DNA of 63,800 nt, filler included, from Platydemus manokwari (taxonomy: Eukaryota), in NCBI GenBank assembly GCA_037951405.1. It is 6 parts of 6 records of this genome, joined end to end, with 100 filler letters (N's around TTAATTAATTAA, not from the genome) between each part and the next. Parts side by side here need not be neighbours in the genome. Positions count along the whole stretch, not along the records: positions 1 to 15,598 come from JBBMOY011271428.1; positions 15,699 to 24,971 come from JBBMOY011273317.1; 4 more parts are not named here. One strand, written 5' to 3'. The position numbers and the translations under genes were made by a program. Positions 12,885-24,382 of the stretch are shown piece after piece. How positions within the stretch are numbered: the first letter of the stretch is position 1; each line of letters begins with the position of its first letter. The notes below the pieces were generated by a model. The model had not been told where the DNA came from and searched no databases. It saw nothing but the letters and a program-made list of their open reading frames with translations.

Positions 12885-15205
12885 TTATAACGACGATTGT
12901 TCTGATTTCAGACCATTGGCAAAGCTAAAATATTATTAAAAACAAATGATTTTTCACAATTTTTCTTTCTAACCTTTCCGTTAAGATTTTCTCAAATCTC
13001 TCGAAACGGACTTTATCGATTGGTTTGAATTGTCTTATGTGCATTTCCAGTAATGCTATTGCTTGCAAAGGAACCTGAATGAAGAATAATCGATATTTTT
13101 GCCAATGTAATGGGATTCGATTTAAAAAAAACCATCAACGATTGATATTTTCATCACGATATGCCATCGGATATATTTGGAACATAAATAGATAATCATT
13201 CTAGGAATAAAGAATCTCAAAAATCAATATTCTTGTTACACAATTTTTTACACTACAGATTTTCAACCCAGGTTCCGCAGTACCCAAGGGTCTCCCATAG
13301 CCATTTGTGGTAAAATCAATTCCTGATAGACAAAAGAGCAGAGCAAGAGCTGCATTTTCAGCAGTTTTATTGGACGTTAAAATCCTTTAGCCATAACTTT
13401 CAAAAAACATTTTCGATTGGTTGTATTGGATCCATAGAAAAGGATAAATGAACCTAAGGTTACACATATCAGGCCTAATATGCGAACGAGTTTTCGGACT
13501 GCTCTTTCAGCATACATATCTAGACCTTTTAATTGGTACGGGGCTTCTACACCCATAAAATGTTGAATAAACTGATTTACACTGTCACTACATTAAAATT
13601 TTTCCTTTAAAATAATCTACTTATAAATAACAAGTAGTTTACTTCGCATCTTAAAAAAAATATATTTTAAAAATAGAATTAATAAGAATATTTTTCATAT
13701 CATATATCTGATCATTAATATTAATTACGGTTGTGAAGGAAATGTTGATATGGAACCAGTTACCATAACAACAAAACTTAACAGAGAGTGACAGTGAAAT
13801 GACCTTACATTCGAATCAACCAATGAAATGGTGAATGGGACGTCTATCTGATATTGACGAGTCGGAAGGAGTTTGAACAACTATTATGTTGGGGCTAGAT
13901 TACGAATAGGCTGAAAACGGCAGGCCAAATGACCAATAATCGCATGTCAAGAGAGCACAAACAGGGCTCAAACTATTCAGCGGTAAATCAAAACACGTCT
14001 GTATCTAAGAAACTAGTCTAAACATATCAGATTATCGGGTGTAATTCAAACAATAAATCATTGAAACATATATATAGAGGTCGTTATCAAATAAATATTT
14101 ATTATTTCTTACCAGTTTCGGCACATATTGATCGCCATTCAATTCAACGGATGTTGTTAATGATTTCTTCTCGATTTTCGGCACAATTACTTCCTCGACA
14201 GCGGGTCTCTTTCTCAACGTTAATGATTTCGAATCTCGTGCTGGACTAGCACAAACTTTGAAATAAATGCTATCCTCACACAACACGACATAATGTTTCC
14301 TGTAGCGATTTCATGACGAATTGAAATGTTGAGACAAACAATAACACGAAATCACTAACTCAGAATGGATCCATTGCTCAATCGAGAAATTGAGCTTGGG
14401 ATAAGATTTTTTGAATTCTTCATGACACGTATTGTAGCACTTGATAATTAGATCCAGATTCACATCTGGACCCCAAAATTGAACGACAACAGTTATTTGA
14501 ACGTTTTTCTTCGGCAATTCAATCGTTTCGTATTTGGCATAGGGATCATTTATCTCAAATATGCTTGCCACAGCTCGCTCATACATTTCACTGGTGACAT
14601 TCGTTATTGGTTTCTGGCCATGTGTAGGACAACTGAATTTTTTTTTATCAATCATGTAATAAATAGCTTTGAAATTACAAAATTTTTATCAGAATCAGTA
14701 TTTACTATTAGTATCTACCATTTAATAGGAGAATATTTGAATACCGAATCGGTGGCAATTGGAAATATTCTAACAAACAAATTGTTTGTGGAACGCTTAG
14801 TGTAATTAACATTTACAGTAAATCTGGAATCCTTCGGCACATAAATCATTTTACTATTGTTATAATCGCACACCTTAACATGATTAGAATAAATAATTTA
14901 AATTAATATTGATTGACTTTATATTTTTCTTTGATATTTTTCGTGCATTGAGTTGCCAACGGAATATCCAGAACAATATCTTCATCACAAGCATTGTCCT
15001 TTCTAAAATATAATTAAACACAATTTCAATAAAAATCAATAACCTAATTCGCGTAACAGGTGGCTCAGGTGGAGTACTTTGAGCTAAAGCCTAAATATAT
15101 AGCGAATAACGTGAATAATTAAGTAGGATTCTTTATTACCTCAGTAATTACATTCATCGTCCCTTGGCTAAAGTTAAGATCTTGATCTTCATCTTTACTG
15201 GTCAT
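12885..15205 (-). CDS. p53-like: Divergent p53-family transcription factor with C-terminal BEN-like domain; about 11 exons (15205-15140, 15090-15044, 15002-14918, 14873-14719, 14632-14360, 14299-14113, 13880-13729, 13587-13516, 13384-13252, 13074-12974, 12924-12885), about 436 aa
   Basis: All junctions are GT-AG and phase-consistent. DBD motifs appear in order: KMIYV (p53 KMFC), LFVRIFPI (VRAMAI), KCCPTH (RRCPHH), ITVVVQF (HSVVVPY), IKCYNTC (YMCNSSC), SIYFKVCASPARD (SFEVRVCACPGRD), then an NLS-like RKRP. All four Zn ligands are present. Exons 7-9 are less certain than exons 1-6. Confidence 0.85.
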
Positions 15206-15598
15206 TTTGAAAAATTTCTATACGAATATTAAAACAACTCTATGAATTACAAATTATATGCTTTTATATTATGTAATTTTAAATTCCATAATTAGACTGT
15301 TAGAAAATTATTAATTAAATAATATATAAGAATCAAGTAGTAATAAATTATTTTATTTAATGACTAAACTCTTAATAACAAAATTGACTTCTCGAAAATT
15401 TAAAACAGCTTAATCAAATTACTATAATTTTCCTTGCAGGAAGATTTTTCAAAATCTCAAAAGAAAAATAACTGTTACTTATTCACAAGACTATTTGGGC
15501 AGTTAGGATAATTACAATATGCTAATAAAGGTAAAGTCAGTCAACTTAACAATGTAAATTTTATTTAAGATTTCAATGAAAATGATAAATTGTCAATA

Positions 15599-15698
15599 NN
15601 NNNNNNNNNNNNNNNNNNNNNNNNNNNNNNNNNNNNNNNNNNTTAATTAATTAANNNNNNNNNNNNNNNNNNNNNNNNNNNNNNNNNNNNNNNNNNNN
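15599..15698. other. Assembly gap linker N44-TTAATTAATTAA-N44 (also 24972-25071, 34741-34840, 44875-44974, 54467-54566)
   Basis: The same 100-nt construct occurs five times. The 12-mer places stop codons in all six frames, which marks it as an artificial contig joiner. Confidence 0.98.

Positions 15699-15772
<74 letters not shown>
15699..15772 (+). repeat. (AAT)n microsatellite at contig start
   Basis: Perfect AAT run. Confidence 0.95.
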
Positions 15773-15773
<1 letters not shown>

Positions 15774-16267
15774 GAGACTGTTTAAAAGGAGTAAAATATA
15801 TTTATATCTTTAAAAATATATAGAAGCTTATTTTAATAGACAGTGGAACACTCTTTAAATAATATTTTGAAATACTCTTTACGGGAAAGTGAACAGTGTT
15901 AGTTGCAAACATTTCCTCGTTTTTCATGTTGGATTCAAAAGCCATAATTTTTTAACGCTCAAAAAAATTTATTTCCATATTACATCTTTTCCAAACAAAT
16001 ATTCTATTATTTTCAACACTCTTTAAAAATTCAAATTACCATTAATATAAACATTATTTTTTAAAACATTATTTGAGAGGTTACAGTTATAGTTTGAGCA
16101 AGATAAATACAAATATTTAATATTTTTAATGTAATCATTTAAAAATATTTTTTAATTATTAATCGCAATCTTATTTAAATTATAAACTTCACAAACAGAA
16201 AAGAAAAAATGTTTTTAATTATAATAAAAATCCATAGAGAATAAATTTTATGTCACTTGACAATAAA

Positions 16268-16847
16268 TGTCGTTCACAAAAAACTATAGAAGGAGGTTGA
16301 AAAACATCACAACCTTGCCTCTTTTACGGAATAAGAAAACCACTGAATTACGTGATTTTGCTCTGCGATCATATTGGCCATTCAAACCATTGTCAATTAG
16401 CGTGAGTTCAGCTAGTACATAAATTACTGATTATTATTAAAATACTTATTGTTTATTGTCCTATTATCGAGCTTCAAAAACCCAACTTCAAGTTAAAATT
16501 GATTGTATATTTGTAGTTGTAAAATCATTTTTATCGGTGTTAATCGTTATTTAAATAAACTTTTAGCGTGTTCATTGACTAAGAAAAGTATAAATAAAGA
16601 GTATAGTGTGGACTTGAATCAATAGTAAAATATACAGATAATTGTTGTCGTATATATTGTCTTCATATAATATTATACGAGAGGCGAAAAAACAAAACTA
16701 TAAGGTTTTGAATTGTATCTTGGGTTTGATTAGAACCACGAGAGGCTGATAAGGCAACATTGATCTACCATAATATAAGAATAAGTTTTGATACTGATAA
16801 TTAAAACGAAAAATACAAACCCGAAAAAACAAACCCGAAGCACATCA
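16268..16847 (+). mobile_element. Solo LTR-like repeat, copy D
   Basis: TG...CA ends are plausible. It is homologous to about 57260-57907 (AACATCACAACC, AAACCACT..CGTGA, TTGGGTTTGATYAG, CATTGATC, ACCCGAA.CAC.TCA). Confidence 0.6.
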
Positions 16848-17399
16848 ATTGTTTCAAAAGGTCATTTTCAATAAGTGTTATAAATCAAGATCCACCTCCC
16901 AGCAATTGTATACTTTTATTCGCTTGGACTTTTGAGATTTGTGTATCCTAATTTTAAATCGTTATTCTTTTATAATATTCAATTTTTGAATTTGTATAAT
17001 TACCTTTACGTTTTTATCAATTTATCATTCGATTAATAGAGGCTTTACTAATATTCTGATGAATTTTAAATGAAATAAAAATTACACGGAGCAATTAAAT
17101 TTCAGATCAAAATATACAATTAATATCTAAGGATAATTATAATTCGATAATAATTGTTGATTAACATGCACACACATCGACATTCAAGATGAAACAATAA
17201 TGGAATCACATCTCTAATGTTAAATAACTAATCTTCCGAAAATTATTATAATATTCTACTGCTATTTAAGCAAACTTCAAACTTTAATATACAAATATTT
17301 ATTGATAAAACACAGTTTTTTCATAATACAAGTCAGGCAGTGTCCGACACCATCACCACATAGCGGCAGGGTAAAATATCACAGTATTCTCTTAGTCTC

Positions 17400-18060
17400 A
17401 CACGCACTTATTCTTGTCTGGACACCTCATCATCCTCAGAACCCGCATTTTCGTCGTCTGAGATATCATTTGATCTGGTTCTTATCTCCGATAATAATAT
17501 AGCTTTCCCTTGGTGGAATTGCCGTTGCTGATATGCTGACTTGATGTTTGACCGTATACAATCGTAGCATATTTTCTCCGATATGTCTTTTTTGAAGCCA
17601 GATCTCTTTTTCCGATTTCCAAGTGCCAAGAACTCCAATTATGAAAGTATAGAGCTCAACAGTCCAGCCTAGCCTGACTTTCTTTATTTCTTTCCGGAGA
17701 TCATCGTACTTTGTCATGTTGACTTCATCTGCATTTTTTATCAGTCGTTACTCGTCCATATGGCATCTCACATCGACTAGAAAAATAGAGCTGGTTTGGT
17801 TATTGATTATTTGTAGGTCAACTCGTTGTTTGGATCGTGTTAATTGACAGGATTTCTCAACAAAAACATCGTTGTCGGTGTGATTGTTACTATAGTTTGC
17901 CAGTAATTCCATAATGTTCATATGTCTATTGAGAATAAAAGAGTTACACTTTGTAAACACGTGGGTCTGAGATTCCACTATGTAAAGGCACTTCCTGCAT
18001 TAGTGTCCTTGCATGAATTTCTGTTCAAAGTAGCCAATAAATCGAAACGTGCTTGATGAA
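17400..18060 (-). mobile_element. Non-LTR retrotransposon 3' remnant with restriction-like endonuclease (R2/R4/NeSL-type)
   Basis: CCHC motif CRKC...ESQTHVFTKC, RHMNI, RVDLQI...FLVDV (PD..D), KYDDL and IIGVLGTW; stops and frameshifts are present. Confidence 0.85.
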
Positions 18061-18528
18061 GTATTACATTTTTTTAATTAATATCATTACGTTGAGATGT
18101 GATAATCAATCAAAATCCCAGTTCAATTTTCAATTCTGTTTAGTTGGAATAGCGAGCTCTATTCCTGACATCAATAACACTTCATAGTTCATTTTTTATC
18201 CGGATTTTTAAATTCATTGAAAATATTTTAGAAAATTTATGAATTATTTGTTTTAATTTCATTTTTAAATCTTTATAAACGAATGACTATTTTTGAAAAT
18301 TTCTTCACTCATTCGAGTTCCTGTGCCGAAATACTATTGTTAAAATTATTTCTTGTATTTCATTTTTTAATATTTAATATTATTATCATTTAAAAAGTAA
18401 TTTGTTATTCGGTTTTGTTTTTCCAACACACTGACATTCATTTACAGCCATTTGACATCGGAAAACATGAAGAATTTATCAACAAATCAATTCAAATAAT
18501 TTATTAAAATCGAGGTATAAATAGGCAT

Positions 18529-19878
18529 TCATAAATTATTGAGCTTAGTAACAATCAATACACGAAGAGTTTGATCAAATGCTGTGCACACTCCAAGGCC
18601 TGGTTTGTCTTTCGACCAATCAAATGACGAGATTGGCTGAGAAGATAATGTGATATTTTGTAATAATTCTAATGATCCAGCCACTCCCTGTATTTCACCT
18701 GTCTCTTCATTGCTAATGAATCTCTTGGCTGGATAATGGCTGCAATTAAGAAACAATTAAAAACGAAGATTGTTGCAAATTTTCACTACTATTTCCATAA
18801 ATTTAACGATCCAGTGCCTCCAGTGGTCATAAATACATCCCGATTGCTGGGTAAATGTCTCACAGACCACACAGTTGATCCATGTGCTTTTTCGCACACA
18901 CTGGCAAATCCAATCGTTGGATGTTGGGTACGCATATCGAAAACGTGCAATCGTCCCTCGAGAGTAGTTGCAACCATTTTGTTCATATCAATGTCCTTGC
19001 GATCAAATTGTATCGAGCATACCTATTGATGAATATTAAAATGAACATTTGTCACTGACAAATTCAAAATCTCACTCCATTCTTAAGATTGGTCTGCCAT
19101 CTGAGCTTCATTGCTCGCAAATCAAAAAGTTTGACATCTCCATTGTCATAGCCAGCACACACACATCTGTCATGAACATTGTATGCATGCCCTTAAGAAA
19201 TAAAAATAACATTTGACATCGTTGAATTCTTCATTGATAAATAAGAATCTTTATGCAAAAGTAGCTGATTATAAATAAAAATGTTTACCAAAAGCAACAG
19301 TCCAACAATCTCGTTTTGTTTCACTTTCAGCTGGACTCATAGTAGCAACAGGGTCATCTTTTTGTCTTTGATCCCAAATTTTTACAGATCCTAAATATTT
19401 TGATTATTAACTTAGACTTGGCAATATTACCGTCTCTGCTTGCGGTTGCTATTTCGGGAGCACCTTCACCAATACCCAATCCACCAACTCCATCGATAGC
19501 GTTAATAATTTCCGTATGCCCTTTAACACTATAAACAGGCTTTTCACTATTTTCAAGATTCCATATTTGCATTGTTCCATCGAAATCACCCGTTGCTAAA
19601 TTTCTTTCTTGTAAGTTTGAAGCTCCGAATGTCCCACATTTGAAAGATTTTGGTTTTTCTAACTAATTAAATTTTACAATGAAATTAATTAATTACAAAA
19701 CTACTTCTTTTAAAAGCTTTGCATCAGTTTTATCTATTTCATAAATTTGAAATGCTCCAGTACCCTTGGGATTGGATCCTAAAACAACAAATTTTGCACT
19801 GCATGGAATCCATTTGCAATCGTAAAGTGTGTAATTTAAAGATTTTTGAATGTGACCAATAATTTGAGGTTTATCCAT
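18529..19878 (-). CDS. WDR92: WD repeat protein 92 / dynein axonemal assembly factor 10; 6 exons (19878-19705, 19662-19431, 19390-19289, 19191-19076, 19022-18790, 18739-18529), 355 aa
   Basis: Hallmark sequences [89 protein letters not shown] and [16 protein letters not shown]; splice sites are phase-consistent. Confidence 0.97.
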
Positions 19879-19897
19879 TCTAGAAGAATTTAGACAA

Positions 19898-19911
19898 TTG
19901 TTTATAGCAAC
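19898..19911 (-). promoter_or_regulatory. Possible RFX X-box upstream of WDR92
   Basis: GTTGCTATAAACAA lies 20-33 bp upstream of the ATG, with one strong half-site. Ciliary genes are typical RFX targets. Confidence 0.35.
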
Positions 19912-20119
19912 TAATCGACGACAATTTAAATAATGAAAATTTGATAGAAAGTTAAATAATAATTTTAAACAAAAGTGTTAGAAACCTTTTAAAGTATTTT
20001 GAAATTTAAATTCTACAATTAAGACTATATTAAGAAATAAATGTTGAATTTAAAACTAAACTATTCAGTGATATTTTTAATGTATATTCAAATATTTAAA
20101 TTAAATGAAAACACTTTGT

Positions 20120-21090
20120 AATGACCATATTTAAATAGCCTCGTCGGTGTCGTGACTGATAAAGCGATTGTAATGGCGAGAAAAATCTTGGGTCTCAATA
20201 ATCTTATAAGTAATGATCCTTTTATATCTCTTCATTGTATAATTCACCATGAGAATCTTTTAGCAAAATATTTCAAATATCAAAATGCACGGGAGGTTGT
20301 TTTTCAGATTTTGAATTGTTTTTTTAATTCTAAACATACAGATTATTCAGGAACATTTTACATATTTTGTTCGTAAATGATGAAATACATTAATTGCCTA
20401 ATGATTTGCTATTATTCTGGGTTAAAAAATAGTCATCAATTTGTAATGTTTTAGTCGGTGTTTGGAACTCCAAAGGGAAAATATCCATAATTAGAAAATG
20501 AGATTTAGCTTTCTGAATTTATGTTTCTTATAGATGTGTAAGAACATTTTGCAAACTCTTCATTTATTTCTACAATGGAAAATCAATACATTACTGATTT
20601 TCACAGATTGTACTCAGCTTTAAAACTAAGCTTCAACTGTTGGTTTACGACCTTGAGGAAAAACATTTTATAATTTTCCATTAGTATATGTAGGTTCGAT
20701 TTATAGCAAGAATGAAAAATACTTACATTTTCACATTTTGTAAACACTTTTATTTCAGATATTATTGGAGATGGATTTTCAATTTTCGAAATAATGTTTT
20801 TTGAGAAGCGGCTTTGGATTTGGAGTTATTAAAGATGAAAGAGAAACACGCATTGCAGATGTTGCACAAAGTTTATTTAGCTATTAAATTTTGGAACTTT
20901 GTCAGCATCAAAATATGCAAACTTTAAGATTTTTTGATCCAATATATTGCTGTGACTCTACAATGAAATTCAAAATGTCGAAATATCGTTAACAGGAGAC
21001 CTACCAACATCTTACTGAATTTCTGAGATCAGCATAACCATTTTTAAGCCAAATTGTAAAAATTCGACCAAAGATGTCATCAAATGTTTG
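20120..21090 (+). mobile_element. hAT (SPIN/Buster, GTF2IRD2-like) transposase remnant
   Basis: VVTDKAIVMA (TDGA motif) and ISLHCIIHHENL (HCxxH motif); downstream sequence is degenerate. Confidence 0.8.
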
Positions 21091-21579
21091 CTTTCTTAAT
21101 AAATATATTTTTATCATATTTGAATTTTATTACTGTAAGTTTTCTTAATTATATTTTTATACATTTTCTTATCAGTAACATTCAAATATATAATTACATT
21201 AAATAAAAAAAATTTGAATTTGTGTATCATAAAATTAAAAATAGAACTGGGGTTCTATTCACTCTCCTGTGTGCCAAATTGTTATATTGATATTTTTGGG
21301 TTCTATATGGTTAAACGTAAAACTTAACAACGTGCTCTCAAAATTACTTTTCATTAATTCCTCCAATAAGCGTATGAATTTTGTTTTTACACAATTTCTT
21401 TTTGACTTAATGGATAACATTTATCCTATTAAATATGACAATAGGTTGACACATTTAATTAGCTGAACTTTTAATTTCCATACCTCAGATTAAGTTTCAA
21501 ATAATTTAATTCACATGCTTAGGATATTAAAAGCAGTCAAAGAGGCAAATCAAACTTGTGAGTATCCATAAAGGTTGGT

Positions 21580-23340
21580 GAAGTAAAAAAAATTAAACTC
21601 ATTTTAGAATGAGTAAAAACATCGGTTGTTTCCATCAAAATCTATTGTTTCAAAAGTCACACGAGTTTTCTTGAATATTTAAACAAATCTAAGATTTATC
21701 TAACTTCCTTCTCCCCATGTTTTAGAGATCTTCTTTAGCCACTCAGTTCTTCGATGTTTTGGCTGTCTTTGGAAATCAAGAAGCACTTGATGTGGGGTAA
21801 AAAATTTCAAAATTCTGTGAGGACCTTCATAACGACTTCCATTATTCTTTATCTTGTGTGGTTCTTTATTCCCTAAAACTTTTCCAATAGCGAAAAATCT
21901 AAAACCGTATTTTTAGCATTGAATTTCCTTAAGTTTGTGGCTATTGATTTTAGCTGGTTTTCCGTTTCTTTGATGATCTGGTCGTGATGATTTGGTTCAT
22001 TTAGTCGTAAACCATGCATATTAATTTTTCGTCCACCAAAATTTCAAAAAGGGAATGTCGAATGGTGGTCTGATATGTTGCATTGATTATGAATTCTATC
22101 CGAGTTATTAATTTATCCCAAGCCTGTTTCTCTGATCCTATCATTGTTACCATCATGTCTCGCACCATCCTAATCATACTTTCGACTAAGCCATTTGACT
22201 GATGTTAGTATGGGGAGTAAATTCTTGCTCTATTCCAAAACGTGTAGCTAACTTTATAATTTCCCTACCCTCGAAGACTCCACCCGATCACTGTGCATTG
22301 ATTTTGGAGCACCATACATATAGATGAAATTATCGATGATGGATTTGGAAATACTGATCTCGTCTTGTAGAATAAGTGGTATTAAGCTTGCTACCTTACT
22401 GAATCTATATACAATAACCAATAGATATTTCGGTAAACTGTTAAAATATTTCCTTTTCTTGATCACTGAATTGACTCTAGAGTTTTGCGCAATAGGTTTG
22501 CCATTTGTTCGGATCTTGTGATTTACCAAATCTGTTAGTTCCAAATCGAACAGAGACGCCATAAAAATTTAGTCATTTTCTTTTATACACCTTCAATGAA
22601 ATATCATCCTTGTCAGCAATACTCTTCAGTGCCATTTCGATTCTGTATTTCTTTCCCACATCCTTGGCATCAATTGATTTTATCCCTGGAAGGAATATTC
22701 CACAAGTCTTCATCATGTAAACTCATCCGATAAATCCTGGTGAAATTTCTTTGATCTCCTTATGATCTCCTTTACTAGAATTTTGTTGTTCCAAACTATT
22801 GGGATCTTTATTTTCCCTAGACACGATTCGTGTGTATTGGAGAATACACTAGCCAATCGAACATCAGAATACGTCTCCAATGGCTATTATTCATTACTGT
22901 TATTGATGCTCCAGAATCCAATAGCATTTCAACATGTGTACCATTGCCTTCAATTTTACTCCACTGTCTACCATCTGCTTCTGGATACATCTGGGAATGA
23001 TTCCTTATCCTCTTGCCGTCTTCCTTCTTTACTTCTATTTTATCTCCAGTTAATGTGTGCCCTACTGACTCAACCCCACTGATGATATAGGCACAGGAGT
23101 TTGATACCAGTTTTTTGTCCTCCGTGGAGAGTTAGCTAACAAAAACACTTGCTTCACTTTCGGTTTGAAAATCGACTTTATCTTTCTCGTCAGGGATGCA
23201 TATTATTGTCGAAAGTTAAAGACTATCAATTTCTTGCTATTTAGACCTTGCAGAATAAATAGTCTTGAAATCTCTTCAAGAGTTTTTCTTGTCAAACACC
23301 TCAGTCATTAATTTCTTTAATTAATAAATGACCCTATTTA
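21580..23340 (-). mobile_element. Gypsy gag-pol remnant (gag/integrase fragments)
   Basis: Peptides HKIRTNGKPIAQ, YGAPKSMHSDR (integrase core) and EGPHRIL; many stops. Confidence 0.75.
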
Positions 23341-23399
23341 AACGTGAAAAAATACCCTTATCAAATATAAAATAATTGCAGATTTTAACCTAGCAACTA

Positions 23400-24382
23400 A
23401 ATTGAAATACCCGATAAATAGAAATAATAAATTACACTTATTTAATGGTCTGGAAACAAATATAATAAAATCAAACCCTATTGATGGAAATATTGACAAA
23501 AAATTCCGTACAATGAAAGCCTCAATGTTTAGGAAAATGGCCCGCATTAAATACCAAATTTTATTGAGATAAGACCTTCATTTTAATTGAAATTAGCCCT
23601 GAATAAAATCAGTAGCACCCATTATTCGAAAACAAAATACTCAAGTTACAAGGCGTGAAAGCCAACCAGATTTTCACCAATACTCTCAGAAGTTTAGGCT
23701 CAGTATTTATTGAAATGTCAGTTTAATATTGACATCGTGTTCTGAGGAATCCAAGCCCCAAATAGGAGAAGTTACAGTAAGATTGATAGCTGTAAAATCA
23801 TACATTATTCATAAGATTCACATCTTCTTCCTATTTATCTGGTTAATCTTAACTGTCTGGGTCAATTGGTTTAACTCCTCTTGGAAGCATTATAATCAAA
23901 GCTTTTTTCCAGAATTGTAGTAGTACAGCTTGCCTTTTAAGTGTATAACAGTAGTAATTTATAAGATCATTGTTATAATCGTATAACAGTAGTAATTTAC
24001 AGCATAAGTTTATATCTGTAGTAATTTATAAAAATAAACATGTATTTAGCAAAGAATTTAGTTTTGATATTTGAATTACCAAGCGCCCTAAGGAATCACT
24101 CCATTTGAAACAATATTATCATTTCATTACCATTTGGAATAGTGCATACTAAGTGTATAGAGGCTGATAATTTGATAAATAGTATTAAAAATCATAAAAG
24201 TAATATCTAGAGCGGCTCATCCCGTTATCATACGTGGATTAGAGTCGATTGTAGTGAAGGCTTAATTGCTACCTTTGGGTTGTGAGAACTCCAAGAGACT
24301 GATTAGACTAAGATATTGTCAAAGCGGGTTAAAGTTAGAATCAACTATAAAAATCAAAATAAATCGTCGACCCCAAAAACAA
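23400..24382 (+). mobile_element. LTR-like repeat, copy B; 5' boundary approximate
   Basis: Clear homology to 56350-56780 (AATATCTAGAGC, TCATACGTGGATT, CTGATTAGACT.A.ATATTG.CAAAG). Confidence 0.65.

Noticed and set aside
13440-13515. Peptide YAERAVRKLVRIL resembling the SMAD MH1 helix
   Set aside because: Splice phase places it in an intron of the p53-like model (donor AT|GTATGC), and no other MH1 motifs follow.
13905-14004. Possible additional p53-like exon (IQTCFDLPLNSL...)
   Set aside because: It has a good acceptor but no convincing phase-compatible donor, and the model is in frame without it. RNA data are needed.
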